A stretch of DNA of 64,000 nucleotides from Verrucomicrobiota bacterium (GTDB lineage: Bacteria > Verrucomicrobiota > Verrucomicrobiia > Limisphaerales > UBA9464), in the NCBI GenBank assembly GCA_016871615.1, contig VHCX01000003.1, positions 30,189-94,188 on the forward strand. The letters run 5' to 3'. The position numbers were made by a program, and so were the translations under genes. Positions 1 to 11,528 of this stretch are shown in pieces. The notes beneath the pieces were generated by a model. The model had not been told where the DNA came from. It made no database searches and worked only from the letters and a program-made list of their open reading frames with translations. Every line of letters starts with the position of its first letter. Within the stretch, counting starts at the first letter, position 1.

Positions 1-1
1 G

Positions 2-616
2 GTGCAGCACCAGCACCCGCGAGCAGGTGACCTCCACCTCGCTGAGGATGTGCGTCGACAGCAGCACCGTGTGCGCGCGGCCCAGCTCCTTGATGAGGGC
101 ACGCACCGACCTCAACTGGTGGGGATCGAGGCCGATCGTCGGCTCGTCGAGGATGATCAGGTCGGGCTCATGCACCAGGGCGTCGGCGAGTCCCACGCGC
201 TGGCGGTACCCCTTGGACAATTGGCCGATGATGCGCCTCTCCACGTCCCTGAGCCCGCACTGCTCGATCACCCGGTCGACGCGCTGCCGGCTGCGGCCGA
301 TCCCCAGCCCCTTGAGCCGGGCCCGGAACTTGAGGTAATCGCGTACCCTCATGTCCACATGCAGGGGATTGTTCTCGGGCATGTAGCCGATGCGCCGACG
401 CACCTCGTCGGGCTGGTGGAACACGTCGAACCCGGCGATGCGCACGGTGCCGCTGGTCGCCGGCATGAACGACGACAGGATGCGCATGGTCGTGGACTTG
501 CCCGCCCCGTTGGGTCCCAGGAACCCCACGACCTCGCCCCGCCCCACGGTGAAGGAGATCCCGTCCACTGCGGTGCGACCCGGGTAGCGTTTCGTGAGGT
601 CGTGGACCTCGATCAT
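2..616 (-). CDS. ABC transporter ATP-binding protein (ABC-2/CcmA-like); N-terminal part, C-terminus runs off the left edge
   Basis: Reverse-strand translation from ATG at 616 reads MIEVHDLTKRYPGRTAVDGISFTVGRGEVVGFLGPNGAGKSTTMRIL... It has Walker A GPNGAGKST, ABC signature LSKGYRQR and Walker B LIILDEPT. It is absent from the ORF track because it has no stop in the window. Confidence 0.9.
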   Translation of the reverse strand, partial: MIEVHDLTKRYPGRTAVDGISFTVGRGEVVGFLGPNGAGKSTTMRILSSFMPATSGTVRIAGFDVFHQPDEVRRRIGYMPENNPLHVDMRVRDYLKFRARLKGLGIGRSRQRVDRVIEQCGLRDVERRIIGQLSKGYRQRVGLADALVHEPDLIILDEPTIGLDPHQLRSVRALIKELGRAHTVLLSTHILSEVEVTCSRVLVLH

Positions 617-790
617 GGGGGTGGCGTCAGACATCGGTTCCGGAGCGCCGGAAGCTACCCCGGGAAGACCTGCTGCAGGAACACAAAACCCCGGCGCAAC
701 CCCCGCCCGAGCCGACAGGACCCACCGCTGTCGGTCCTGGCCGACCACCGGGCAGGCCCGCAGCGAGCGGAAGGGCCGGGCGCAACCAAG

Positions 791-1237
791 TCAAGAGACC
801 ATGGATGGATCGCACGGGAGGTCACTGATGGGGTAGCCCAGGTGCAGGGCCGCCTCGCGGAGGCGCTGGTCGCTGGTGACCAGCGGCCAGTCCTGCAACT
901 GGTCTGCGGTCGCCAGGTGGAGGGCGTCGAGGGATCGCAGCGGGACCTTCGGGTGCACGCGGCCGAGGATCCAATGCGCCCGCCGCACGACCGTCTCGGA
1001 GACGGCCACGAGATCGATGAGGCGGTCGTCCGCCTGCCGCTCGAACCGCTGCCAAGCTCCGAGGCGCATCCGCTCGCCCAGATGTCCGGCCCTCTCCCGG
1101 GCAAGGAGGGCCGACCAGACCTCGGTGAAGGCCAGGAGCGAGGAGCTGACCGGATTCCCATCGACGAGCCGGGCGTAGTAGGCGCTGTCAGGCTCGCGGA
1201 CCAACAGCTTCACGAGGATGCAGGAATCGAGATACAT
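791..1237 (-). CDS. vapC: PIN-domain ribonuclease toxin (VapC-like) of a type II toxin-antitoxin pair
   Basis: 148-aa ORF with an ATG start. PIN-like acidic positions are MYLDSCIL, LLAFTEVW, SLDALHLATA and LVTSDQRL. It lies downstream of a Phd/YefM-like ORF on the same strand. Confidence 0.8.
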   Translation of the reverse strand: MYLDSCILVKLLVREPDSAYYARLVDGNPVSSSLLAFTEVWSALLARERAGHLGERMRLGAWQRFERQADDRLIDLVAVSETVVRRAHWILGRVHPKVPLRSLDALHLATADQLQDWPLVTSDQRLREAALHLGYPISDLPCDPSMVS

Positions 1238-1330
1238 GTCGCAAAAAGCAGGTGCGGGAAGGATTCACGGCGCCGACTCACCCGACCAATCTCCGGGACC
1301 CAACCACGCGAGGAGGGATTGGGCCGAGGA

Positions 1331-1696
1331 TCATGGACACCGTTCCGCACGGTCCGCGGCGACGATGACCTCGGCTGATGGGCCTCCAGCGAGGGGTTGC
1401 ACCTCAAGCCAATCCCAGTCGACCTTGTAGGGCCGGGCTTCGTTGCGGACCGGAACCAGTCGGGCCTTGGGGCGACCATCGCTGGTGATGACGACCTCAT
1501 TGCCCCGGGAGACCTGCTCCAACAGGCTGGACAGACGATCCTTAGCGGCCCGCACGTTGACGACCGGCGCTTGGCTGGGGTTTGGGAGGGCCTCACGGAG
1601 AAGGCGGCCCTTGGATCGCCGGCCGGAAACGGCATCGGGATACCGAACCGAGGGGATGCGCTCCGACGATGGATCGGAAGATGGCTCGGTTTTCAT
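1331..1696 (-). CDS. Phd/YefM-family antitoxin (start uncertain, long N-terminal extension)
   Basis: The segment VVNVRAAKDRLSSLLEQVSRGNEVVITSDGRPKARLVPV matches the Phd/YefM N-terminal fold signature. The only upstream in-frame start is ATG 1696, which leaves about 45 aa before that segment. Confidence 0.7.
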   Translation of the reverse strand: MKTEPSSDPSSERIPSVRYPDAVSGRRSKGRLLREALPNPSQAPVVNVRAAKDRLSSLLEQVSRGNEVVITSDGRPKARLVPVRNEARPYKVDWDWLEVQPLAGGPSAEVIVAADRAERCP

Positions 1697-1717
1697 GGTG
1701 ATTACAAGTAGCCTTCG

Positions 1718-1758
1718 GTGGCCACTATGTCAATAGGTAAGTGGCCTCGTGGGGCCAC
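1718..1758. promoter_or_regulatory. Two palindromic GTGGCC/GGCCAC sites upstream of the antitoxin start (candidate TA operator and/or htrA terminator hairpin)
   Basis: GTGGCCAC lies at 1718-1725 and GTGGCC-TCGTGG-GGCCAC at 1741-1758. These are 22-62 nt upstream of the ATG at 1696. A TTGACA hexamer lies between them on the minus strand. Confidence 0.3.
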
Positions 1759-1806
1759 AGACCCAACGATCAGCGCCCTTGGATCGGCCCCGCACTCATC
1801 CCGGTT

Positions 1807-3222
<1,416 letters not shown>

Positions 3223-3380
3223 GTCCGATGTCCGCAAATGATTGACCGTCGAGGGGACCGGAACGTTCAAATCCGGCCCCGCCCCGTATCGGTAGCGCGA
3301 AGCCGGGGCGGATCAAGGCCCCGCCCCGTGGGCCGCCTTCGCGCGGCACCGGCCCGCTCCGGCGGCCAGACGGCGACCGC

Positions 3381-4103
3381 TCACTTCAGGCCGACATACA
3401 GGCGGTGCACATCGTCGTGGTCGTCGATGGCGTTCAGGAACTCCGAAACCTGAGCCTTGTCGGCCTCGCCAAGCTCGACCGGGTTCTTGGCCACGTAGCG
3501 GATCTCGCTGGCGATGACCTTCCAGCCCGCCTTCGAGAGCCAGCTGCTGACGCTGGCGAGGTCCTTCACCTCGGCCAGAAACCGGGTGCCGAGGTGTCCC
3601 TCGGGAATCTCCTCGCCGTCGAGGGGTTCCAGATTCTGGGCGCCGGCCTCGATGGCATCGGACTCCGCATCGCGCTTGGCATCGGAGTGGGTGGCCTCGA
3701 CCACGCCCATGCGGTCGAAGAAGAACGACATGCTCCCGGGCTGGCCGAGCTGCCCTTCCTTGAAGAGGTGGCGGATCTCCGGGGCCGTGCGGTTCCGGTT
3801 GTCGGTGAGGCACTCGATGATCACCGGCACCTTGTGGGGAGCGAAGCCCTCGTAGAACACGGTCTCGAAATCGACCTTCTCGTCGAGCAGGCCCGCGCCC
3901 TTCTTGATGGCTCGTTCGATGGTGTCCTTGTAGACGCTGGCCTTCTTGGCCTTCTCGACGGCTGCGGCCAGGCGGGCGTTGGTCTCGATCTCGGCCCCGC
4001 CCATCTTGGCGGCGACCATGATCTCGCGGGTCAGCTTGCCGACCATCTGACCCTTCTTCTGCGCGGCCGCCTCGCGGCCCGCCTGCTTCCATTGGGCTCC
4101 CAT
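3381..4103 (-). CDS. yebC: YebC/PmpR-family DNA-binding transcriptional regulator
   Basis: From ATG 4103: MGAQWKQAGREAAAQKKGQMVGKLTREIMVAAKMGG...VFYEGFAPHKVPVIIECLTDNRNRT...DDHDDVHRLYVGLK. This is collinear with the YebC family. The upstream part of the 344-aa track ORF is Pro/Arg/Gly-rich and was rejected. Confidence 0.9.
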   Translation of the reverse strand: MGAQWKQAGREAAAQKKGQMVGKLTREIMVAAKMGGAEIETNARLAAAVEKAKKASVYKDTIERAIKKGAGLLDEKVDFETVFYEGFAPHKVPVIIECLTDNRNRTAPEIRHLFKEGQLGQPGSMSFFFDRMGVVEATHSDAKRDAESDAIEAGAQNLEPLDGEEIPEGHLGTRFLAEVKDLASVSSWLSKAGWKVIASEIRYVAKNPVELGEADKAQVSEFLNAIDDHDDVHRLYVGLK

Positions 4104-4261
4104 GGGCCAAGGGAAGCGAAAGAACGGCCCCGAACGGAAGCCCAAAGAACGGTCCGCCGGAAGCGGCCCGGGCAACGGGCCGCCCTGAAAAAATTCCGGA
4201 GGCGAAACACGTTGCGATCTTGGCGGCCTCCGGCACCCGGGCGTAGCATCCACTGACTTCC

Positions 4262-7027
4262 ATGAGTTTCCTGCTACGCTTGCCGGACCTGGGCGCTGCG
4301 ACGGCCGCCCTGTTCGCCGCCGTGCTCCCGTCCCTGGCGGCGATCCCCACCGGGGTGCGCCCCGAGGGCGTGGACCGCGGAACCCTGTTGATCGGCGAGC
4401 TGCAATGCGCGGCATGCCACAGCGAACGGGGCCTGCCCCCGTCGGCGACCCTGCCCGACTGGGCCGCGCCCAAGGGGGCGCCGGTGCTGACCGGGGACAC
4501 CCTGCTGACCTCCACGGCGTGGCTGCGCCGGTGGCTCGGGTCGCCCCACCGCTCCAAGCCCGGGTCCTCCATGCCGGATCTCCTGCACGGCCTGACCGAC
4601 GCGCAGAAGACCAAGACGGTGGACGAGCTCACCCACTACCTGGTGTCGCTCCGACGGACCAACGAACCCACGGGCCTCCGCTCCGACCCGGCCCGCATCG
4701 ACCAGGGCCGCGCGCTCTACCACACCGTCGGCTGCGTGGCCTGCCACGCGCCGGAAACCCGGCCCGAGGGCGTGACCGAGGAGGCCTTCCGCGACGTGGT
4801 GGCCCAATCGGTGCCGCTGGGGGATCTCGCCCGGAAGTACCCGGCCTCGGAACTGGCCCGGCTGCTGCGCGATCCGCTGGTGCACCGTCCATCGGGTCGG
4901 ATGCCCTCCATGAACCTTTCCCCGGCCGAGGCCGGCGCGATCGCCGTCTACCTCCTGCGCGACCAGGTGGCCGCCCCCTCGGTGCCGGCCCCCAACCCGA
5001 CCCTCATCGACGGCCTGGCCCATGAATTCTTCGAGGGCGCGGCCAACTCCGTGGCCCAGCTGCTGGCGATGACGCCGAAGTCGACCGGCGTGTCGGCGGC
5101 GCTCGACCTGAGCCTGCCCCACCCGAACCAGAACTGGGGCGTGCGCTTCTCCGGCTTCCTCGACATCCCCGCCGACGGCAAGTACCGCTTCTGGATCCGG
5201 TCGGACGACGGTTCGCAGCTCTCCATCGACGGCAAGCCCCTGCTCAACAACGACGGGGTCCATCCGGCCGCCGAGAAGAACGGCAACCTGACCCTGAAGG
5301 CCGGCCTGCATGAGCTGGAGGTGGCCTTCTTCCAGGGCGGCGGCGAAACGGAGTTCCGCGTCGACTGGGCCCCGCCGGGCGAGAAGCGCAGCCCGATCCC
5401 CGCCGACCGGCTCAAGCACGGCGGCCAATCGGTGCGGCCGATCGACTGGGAGGAGTTCACGCTGGACCCGGCCAAGGTGGCGGCCGGCCGCCAGCAGTTC
5501 GTCGCGCTCAACTGCGCCGCCTGCCACGCGGTGACCGATGCGATCGGTCCGGTCCCGGCTCGCAAGTCCAAGCCCATGGTCCAACTCGCGCTCCGCACCC
5601 AGGAAGGCTGTCTGTCGGATCTTCCGCCGGCCAAGGCCCCCCGCTTCGACCTCTCGGCCGCCGACCGGGCCAGCCTCCGCAAGACCTTGCGCAACCCCGC
5701 CGAGGCCCAGAAGGCCTCCAAGCCCGGACACGGCCAGGTCGAGCTGACCCTCGCCCAGTTCAACTGCCTGGCCTGCCATTCGCGCAATGACGTGGGTGGA
5801 CCGGCCGCCTCGGGCCGGTCCGATTGGTTCACGGTGGTGGGCGAGGCCGACCTGGGCGACGAAGGCCGCATCCCGCCGCACCTCACCGGCGTGGGCGGCA
5901 AGCTCAAGATGGCGGCCCTCGAGCAGGTGCTCGCCCAGGGCACCAAGGTGCGGCCCTACATGGCCACGCGCATGCCCGTCTTCGGGCCGAAGGTCCATGC
6001 CCTGGCGGCCCAATTGAAGCGCATCGACACCCCGGCCACGGCGACTCCGGCACCCGCGATCACCCCGCAGGACGCCAAGATCGGCTGGAAGCTCGTCGGC
6101 CGCGATGGCCTCGGCTGCGTCTCGTGCCACACCTTCACCACTCACGGTTCCATGGGCATCCCCGCCCTGGCGCTCGACAAGATGGGCGAGCGCCTCGAGT
6201 GGGAGTGGCTGCAGCGCTACCTGCCCAACCCGGCCGCCCTGCGCCCGGGCACCCGCATGCCGACCTTCTGGCCCGAGGGCAAGGCGGTGAACACCAAGAT
6301 CCTCAACGGTGACACCTCGGGCCAGATCCGCTCGATCTACGCCTACCTCGCCGACGGGCCCAAGGCCGAGATCCCGGCCGGGCTCATCCGCGGCAAGAAG
6401 GAGATCGTGGTCGATGACGAGGCGGTGATCTACCGTAACTTCCTCGAAGGAGCCGGCCCGCGCGCCATCGGCGTGGGCTATCCCGAACGGGCCAACCTCG
6501 CCTTCGACGCGCAGAACCTGCGCCTAGCCCTGCTGTGGCAAGGGTCCTTCATCGACATGGCCCGCCACAGCACCGATCGCGGCGTGGGCTATGAGCCGCC
6601 CCTGGGCGATCATCGCATCCGCCTGCCCGACGGTCCGGCCTTCGCCACCCTGCCCTCCGCCACGGCCCCCTGGCCAGGTGCGATCGACGCGGGCAGCCGG
6701 TTCCTGGGGTACCGCCTCGATGCGCGCCAGCAACCCACCTTCCGCTATCAGGTCGCCGGCGTGACCATCGAGGAGGCCCCCCAGGCCAAACCGGGCGGCG
6801 TCGACATGACCCTGGTGCGGACCTTCCGCTTCCAGGGCACGCCCGAACGGCCGTTGACGCTGCGCCTGGCCAAGGGGGCCATCCAGCCGACCGGCGATGG
6901 GTTCAAGGTCGAGGGCGGCCTGGTGATCCAGGTCGGCCCCGGCGCCAAGGCCGCCGTGGTCGGCGATGAACTCCGCGTCCCCCTCGAACCGAACATCCGG
7001 GAACTCCGCGTAGAGATGACCTGGTGA
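4262..7027 (+). CDS. Secreted multi-haem c-type cytochrome domain protein with a PA14-like domain
   Basis: 921 aa with a signal-like N-terminus. Five CxxCH motifs are present (CAACH, CVACH, CAACH, CLACH, CVSCH). PA14-like segment: [40 protein letters not shown]. Confidence 0.85.
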   Translation: MSFLLRLPDLGAATAALFAAVLPSLAAIPTGVRPEGVDRGTLLIGELQCAACHSERGLPPSATLPDWAAPKGAPVLTGDTLLTSTAWLRRWLGSPHRSKPGSSMPDLLHGLTDAQKTKTVDELTHYLVSLRRTNEPTGLRSDPARIDQGRALYHTVGCVACHAPETRPEGVTEEAFRDVVAQSVPLGDLARKYPASELARLLRDPLVHRPSGRMPSMNLSPAEAGAIAVYLLRDQVAAPSVPAPNPTLIDGLAHEFFEGAANSVAQLLAMTPKSTGVSAALDLSLPHPNQNWGVRFSGFLDIPADGKYRFWIRSDDGSQLSIDGKPLLNNDGVHPAAEKNGNLTLKAGLHELEVAFFQGGGETEFRVDWAPPGEKRSPIPADRLKHGGQSVRPIDWEEFTLDPAKVAAGRQQFVALNCAACHAVTDAIGPVPARKSKPMVQLALRTQEGCLSDLPPAKAPRFDLSAADRASLRKTLRNPAEAQKASKPGHGQVELTLAQFNCLACHSRNDVGGPAASGRSDWFTVVGEADLGDEGRIPPHLTGVGGKLKMAALEQVLAQGTKVRPYMATRMPVFGPKVHALAAQLKRIDTPATATPAPAITPQDAKIGWKLVGRDGLGCVSCHTFTTHGSMGIPALALDKMGERLEWEWLQRYLPNPAALRPGTRMPTFWPEGKAVNTKILNGDTSGQIRSIYAYLADGPKAEIPAGLIRGKKEIVVDDEAVIYRNFLEGAGPRAIGVGYPERANLAFDAQNLRLALLWQGSFIDMARHSTDRGVGYEPPLGDHRIRLPDGPAFATLPSATAPWPGAIDAGSRFLGYRLDARQQPTFRYQVAGVTIEEAPQAKPGGVDMTLVRTFRFQGTPERPLTLRLAKGAIQPTGDGFKVEGGLVIQVGPGAKAAVVGDELRVPLEPNIRELRVEMTW

Positions 7028-7077
7028 GCAACGCCCGAGCCCCCCGAACCACGACGCAACCCCTTCCTCTCGATTCC

Positions 7078-8556
7078 ATGACGTTCCTGAATCCTGCCGC
7101 GCTCATCGCCACCCTCGGGCTCGCGGCCACCCTGCCAGCGCTCGCGGCCACCAAGGCCGAGCAGGAGGCCGAATACTACCCCATCACCACGCTGCCCGTG
7201 CCGGAAGGCGTGGTGCTCGAGGCCGGGGCCATTCAGGTGCTCTCCGACCAGCGCATCGCCGTGTCGACGCGCCTGGGCGAGATCTGGTTCGTGGACAACG
7301 CCTTCGACAAGGATCCCGCCAAGGCCAAGTTCACCCGCTTCGCCTCGGGCCTTCACGAGGTGCTGGGCCTGACCACCCGCGGCGACGGATGGATCTATGC
7401 CACCCAACGCGGCGAACTGACCCGCCTCAAGGACACCAACCACGACGGGCGCGCCGACCTCTTCGAGACCGTGGCCGACAGCTGGGGCATCAACGGCGAC
7501 TACCACGAGTACGCCTTCGGCTCGAAGTTCGACCGCGACGGCAACCTCTGGGTGATCCTCTGCCTGACCGGCTCCTTCACTAGCGAGAACCCGTACCGCG
7601 GTTGGGCCCTGCGCATCACCCCCGAGGGCAAGACGATCCCGACCACCAGCGGACTGCGTTCGCCGGGGGGCATCGCCACCAACCATCTGGGCGACATGTT
7701 CTACACCGACAACCAGGGCCCGTGGAACGGCACCTGTTGGCTCAAGCACCTCAAGCCCGGGGGCTTCGTGGGCAACCCCACCGGCAACCGCTGGTACGAG
7801 AAGGCCGCCAACATGGGACCGCGCCCGAAGGATCCCACCAGCAACAGCCGCATCCCCGTCGAGCGGGCCAAGATCCCGGAGTTCGTGCCTCCGGCCATCG
7901 GGTTCCCCTACAACAAGATGGGCCAGAGTGCCTCGGGCATCCAGAACGACGGCACCGCCGGCAGGTTCGGCCCGTTCCGCAACCAGCTCTTCGTCGGCGA
8001 CCAGACGTGGAGCACGGTCATGCGGGTGTATCTCGAGCAGGTCAACGGGGTGTATCAGGGGGCTTGCTTCCCCTTCCGGGAGGGCTTCGACAGCGGCACG
8101 CTCAGCCTCGAACTGGCCGCCGACGGCACGATGTTCGTGGGCGGCACCGACCGCGGCTGGGGTGCCCGCGGCGGCAAGCCCTTCGCCCTGCAACGCCTGA
8201 ACTGGAGCGGCAAGACACCCTTCGAGATCCACGAGATGCACGTGAAGCCCGACGGGTTCGAGCTGACCTTCACCGAGCCGGTGGACCCGGAGACGGCCGG
8301 CAAGGCGGAGTCGTACCAGTTCCGCACCTTCACCTACATCTATCAGGCCAACTACGGATCACCCGAGGTCGACGCCACCACGCCGCCCATCGAGTCGGTG
8401 ACCGTGGCTGCCGACGGCCGCAGCGTGCGTCTCAAGACCGCGCTGAACGTGGGCCATCTGCACGAGCTCAAGCCCACCGGCGTGCGGTCCAAGTCGGGCC
8501 AGCCGCTGCTGCACCCGCTGGCCTACTACACGCTCAACGAGATCCCGAAGCCCTGA
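7078..8556 (+). CDS. Secreted beta-propeller protein (PVC 'membrane-bound dehydrogenase'/sugar-dehydrogenase-like fold)
   Basis: Signal peptide [23 protein letters not shown]. Blade-like repeats include [38 protein letters not shown] and [14 protein letters not shown]. An alternative GTG start at 7024 overlaps the upstream stop (GTGA). Confidence 0.8.
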   Translation: MTFLNPAALIATLGLAATLPALAATKAEQEAEYYPITTLPVPEGVVLEAGAIQVLSDQRIAVSTRLGEIWFVDNAFDKDPAKAKFTRFASGLHEVLGLTTRGDGWIYATQRGELTRLKDTNHDGRADLFETVADSWGINGDYHEYAFGSKFDRDGNLWVILCLTGSFTSENPYRGWALRITPEGKTIPTTSGLRSPGGIATNHLGDMFYTDNQGPWNGTCWLKHLKPGGFVGNPTGNRWYEKAANMGPRPKDPTSNSRIPVERAKIPEFVPPAIGFPYNKMGQSASGIQNDGTAGRFGPFRNQLFVGDQTWSTVMRVYLEQVNGVYQGACFPFREGFDSGTLSLELAADGTMFVGGTDRGWGARGGKPFALQRLNWSGKTPFEIHEMHVKPDGFELTFTEPVDPETAGKAESYQFRTFTYIYQANYGSPEVDATTPPIESVTVAADGRSVRLKTALNVGHLHELKPTGVRSKSGQPLLHPLAYYTLNEIPKP

Positions 8557-8716
8557 GCGCCGGTCCGGAAACCCCGGAGCCCGAAACCCTGGAGGAGGCC
8601 TGCGGGCAGGGATCTTGGGGATGGCCAAGGGGGGGCCGGATCGACCGCCGACCAAGGCGGGTTGCAACGACCGGGGCGGCGAGAGCCATCGGCATGGGAC
8701 CCCTTCCAAGGGAAGC

Positions 8717-9121
8717 CTACCTCGACGCCCGCTCGACCCGCACCGACTCGGGCAACACGGCGGCCACGCGCACGCCAGGCGCCCGGGCGTTCACCCGGAA
8801 CATGCCCTGCCGGGGGGCATCCGGACCCAGGAGATTGACATAGGCCTGGAGGTCCCCCGGGGTCAGGCGTTGCACGACGTCGGGGTCGCCCTCGATCTCC
8901 ACATGGACCACCGACGGGCGGATCTGAACCCCGCTGTCACCCATGCCCGAGGCGAGGACCCCGACGGGGATGTTCTCCAGGACGCGGATCCGGAGTCCGT
9001 CGTTGGACGCCAGGCGCTCGATGCCGAGGTTGGAGCGGACCGTCAGCCAGATCAGGGCGGCCAGGGCGAGGGAGCCCAACTTCTGGGCCCGGTTCTCAAG
9101 GAGGAGCGTGCGCCAGGGCAT
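8717..9121 (-). CDS. cdaR: YbbR-like domain protein (CdaR-like regulator of diadenylate cyclase)
   Basis: N-terminal TM segment KLGSLALAALIWLTV followed by one YbbR-like beta-rich domain. It starts 1 nt after the cdaA stop, the conserved cdaA-ybbR arrangement. Confidence 0.65.
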   Translation of the reverse strand: MPWRTLLLENRAQKLGSLALAALIWLTVRSNLGIERLASNDGLRIRVLENIPVGVLASGMGDSGVQIRPSVVHVEIEGDPDVVQRLTPGDLQAYVNLLGPDAPRQGMFRVNARAPGVRVAAVLPESVRVERASR

Positions 9122-9122
9122 G

Positions 9123-10004
9123 TCAGTGGATTCCGTTGCCGGGATTGTTGCCGGGGTTTCCGGGCGCCGAGGTTCCGTTCGCCGGTGCCCCGGCCGGAGG
9201 ACCGGTGAAGAGACGCTTCAACCAGGGAAGCCCGGCCCGGGCGGCCGACCGGCGCACCAGCACCTCGGTCAGGAAGGCGCGGAGCTGTTCGACCGAGATG
9301 CCCCGGGTGAGAACGCCCCGGTGGGCGTACGAGATGGCCCCGGTTTCCTCCGACACCACCACCACCACCGCGTCGGTCTCTTCGCTCAGGCCGATGGCCG
9401 CGCGATGGCGGGTGCCCAGCGACTTGGGCAGATCCCCCCGCTGGGTCAGGGGCAGGATGACGCCGGCTCGGAGGATCCGGTCCCCCTTGATGACCACTCC
9501 GCCGTCATGGATGGCGTTGTTGGGGAAGAAGATGGTCTCGAGCATCTCGGGCGTCGCCTCGCAGTCCACGGGGATGCCCGACTCGACCATGTCGGCCAGC
9601 GAGATGGTCTGCTCGATGGCAATGAGTGCCCCCATGCGCGCCGGAGCCATGCGGTCGACGGCCTCGACCACCACCTCGAGGTTCTCACGTTGCTCCTGGG
9701 GGTTGTTGAAGAGCGGAAGATTTCCCACCTCGGCCAGCAGCCGACGGATCTCGGGCTGGAACAGCACCACGATGGCCAGCGCCAGGAAGGGCAGGATCTG
9801 GTTGAGGATGGCATTGAGGACATCGAGCCGCAGCAGGCGCACCGCGAGGATGAGCACCAGCAACACCACGACGAAGCCCGTCACTACGGCCTGGCCCCGG
9901 GTGCCCTTGATGAACCGGTACACGTAATAGATCCCCACCCCGAGGATCCCGATCTCGAGGGCGGGTCGCCAGACGGCCTGCAGGAATGGCAGCAGCGGAT
10001 TCAA
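9123..10004 (-). CDS. cdaA: Diadenylate cyclase CdaA (c-di-AMP synthase)
   Basis: Three N-terminal TM helices, then a DisA_N/DAC domain with HDGGVVI (DGA-type motif), LGTRHRAAIGLSEETDA (RHR motif) and VVVVVSEETG. The start is a TTG at 10004 overlapping the folP stop (TTGA). Confidence 0.9.
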   Translation of the reverse strand: MNPLLPFLQAVWRPALEIGILGVGIYYVYRFIKGTRGQAVVTGFVVVLLVLILAVRLLRLDVLNAILNQILPFLALAIVVLFQPEIRRLLAEVGNLPLFNNPQEQRENLEVVVEAVDRMAPARMGALIAIEQTISLADMVESGIPVDCEATPEMLETIFFPNNAIHDGGVVIKGDRILRAGVILPLTQRGDLPKSLGTRHRAAIGLSEETDAVVVVVSEETGAISYAHRGVLTRGISVEQLRAFLTEVLVRRSAARAGLPWLKRLFTGPPAGAPANGTSAPGNPGNNPGNGIH

Positions 10005-10867
10005 GGCGTGTGGTTCTTGGCGTCTGGGTTCGGGTGGTTGTCCAAGATCTCCCGCATCCGCAACGCCTGGACGGTGGCCGCCACGTCATGCACCCGGAAG
10101 ACGGCACCGCCGCCCGAGCCCGCGGCCCACACCGCGCAGGCCAGCGAGGCCCCGAGGCGCTGGTGCGGCTCGGCGCCGAACAGCCGGCCGATGAAGGACT
10201 TCCGGGAAACGCCCAACAGCATCGGCCGTCCGAGACCGGAAAGCATCTTCAAACCTCGGATCAACGCCAGATTGTGGTCAAGGCCCTTGCCGAAGCCGAT
10301 CCCGGGATCCAGGAGCACCTGCCCTGGCCGGACGCCTGCATCCTGGAGTCGGGTCAACCGCTCCCGGAAGAAACCACCCACCTCGTCGACCACGTCGCCG
10401 TAGGCGGGGGCCGCCTGCATGGTCTCCGGCCGCCCCTGCATGTGCATGAGCACATAACCGGCCCCGGCCGCCGCCACGGCACGCCACAGCCCGGGGTCGG
10501 ACCGGCTGGCCTCGACGTCGTTGATGAGGCTGGCCCCGGCATCCAGCGCCGCGCGGGCCACGCCGGCCTTCCGCGTGTCGACGGAGATCACCGCGGCCGA
10601 GCGGTCGGCCAGCGCGCGGACCACCGGCAGCACCCGCCGGAGTTCCTCGGCCTCGTCGACCGGTGCCGCACCCGGCCGGGTAGACTCCCCGCCGATGTCG
10701 ATGAACTCGGCCCCCTCGGCGACCATCTCCAGCGCCCGGTCCACCGCGTGCGCAGCGTCCAGGAACCGGCCGCCGTCGCTGAAGGAATCCGGCGTGACGT
10801 TGAGGATGCCCATGACCATCGCCGGGCGTGGGAAGACCCACCGGTGCTGGCATGCCGTGAATTCCAT
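10001..10867 (-). CDS. folP: Dihydropteroate synthase
   Basis: VMGILNVTPDSFSDGG, IDIGGESTRPG, ISVDT, LINDV, DPGIGFGK and GVSRKSF are canonical FolP motifs in the correct order. Confidence 0.92.
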   Translation of the reverse strand: MEFTACQHRWVFPRPAMVMGILNVTPDSFSDGGRFLDAAHAVDRALEMVAEGAEFIDIGGESTRPGAAPVDEAEELRRVLPVVRALADRSAAVISVDTRKAGVARAALDAGASLINDVEASRSDPGLWRAVAAAGAGYVLMHMQGRPETMQAAPAYGDVVDEVGGFFRERLTRLQDAGVRPGQVLLDPGIGFGKGLDHNLALIRGLKMLSGLGRPMLLGVSRKSFIGRLFGAEPHQRLGASLACAVWAAGSGGGAVFRVHDVAATVQALRMREILDNHPNPDAKNHTP

Positions 10868-10901
10868 CCGAGGCAGGAGACAAGCCCGTTGGCGGGCGGC
10901 T

Positions 10902-11315
10902 TTAGTAGGTGGTCGCTCCGGCTGCCGCCGCCGGGGAGCGCTGGATCAGCTCGACCTCGTACCCCTCGGGGGCGTCGATGAAGGCGAAGCCGCCCGAGCC
11001 GTCCGGCTTGTAGGTGGGGCCGTCGCTGTAGCGGAGCCCCAGGGAGGCCAGGTGCCGGCCGAAGGCCTCCAGACTCGGCACCTCGAAGGCCAAGTGGGTC
11101 AGGTCGGCCTGCACCTGAACCGGGCCGCTCGATGGAAAATGGCACAGTTCGATGGTTTCATCGCTCTCGGGCGCCTTGAGGAAGACCAGCTCGGAACCCC
11201 GGGGTGATTTGTGCCGGCGGACCTCCTCCAGTCCCAGCACGTCTTTGTAGAAGCGGACGGAACGCTCGAGATCGTCGAGCCGGTAGCGGGTGTGCAGGAG
11301 CTTGGTGACACGCAT
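10902..11315 (-). CDS. gloA: VOC-family protein, lactoylglutathione lyase (glyoxalase I)-like
   Basis: 137 aa. GloA-like metal-ligand positions are LLHTRYRL (His), TIELCHF (Glu), THLAFEV (His) and GYEVELIQ (Glu). DLERSVRFYKDVLGL is also present. Confidence 0.75.
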   Translation of the reverse strand: MRVTKLLHTRYRLDDLERSVRFYKDVLGLEEVRRHKSPRGSELVFLKAPESDETIELCHFPSSGPVQVQADLTHLAFEVPSLEAFGRHLASLGLRYSDGPTYKPDGSGGFAFIDAPEGYEVELIQRSPAAAAGATTY

Positions 11316-11528
11316 CGCCGCAATCTAGGCCGACCACCGCCCCATGGCCAGCCGATCGGCACCGTTCCGTTGAACTTCCTGGCGAGAACAGGGGCCATCG
11401 CAACGAATACCGGAGCCGGTCCGACGTCTGCCCGGGTCGGCAATCCGGGCGCGGCCACCAAAAGAACACCGAAAGAACTCCTTGCCCGGGACCGGATCCG
11501 AAAGGTAGAGGTCACGACCACTCCTTCC

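Noticed and set aside
2-1378. 458-aa plus-strand ORF at the left edge
   Set aside because: The translation is Arg/Gly/Pro/His/Leu/Asp-rich with no motifs. It is antisense to an ABC ATPase with perfect Walker motifs and to the VapC ORF, so it is a shadow ORF of GC-rich DNA.
4196-4233. 8-bp inverted repeat CCGGAGGC...GCCTCCGG in the yebC/cytochrome divergent region
   Set aside because: The loop is 22 nt and the stem is short and GC-rich, so it is easily produced by chance in about 66% GC DNA. I cannot support a regulatory call.
4274-6145. 623-aa minus-strand ORF (also 4948-5946 and 6748-8241, minus strand)
   Set aside because: These are antisense to the haem-c/PA14 and beta-propeller genes. 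They have no motifs and an Arg/Gly/Ala-rich composition.
7024-7077. GTG start at 7024 for the beta-propeller gene (track coordinates)
   Set aside because: The 18 residues it adds ([18 protein letters not shown]) precede a canonical signal peptide that starts at ATG 7078. The ATG start is kept, but the GTG start cannot be excluded.
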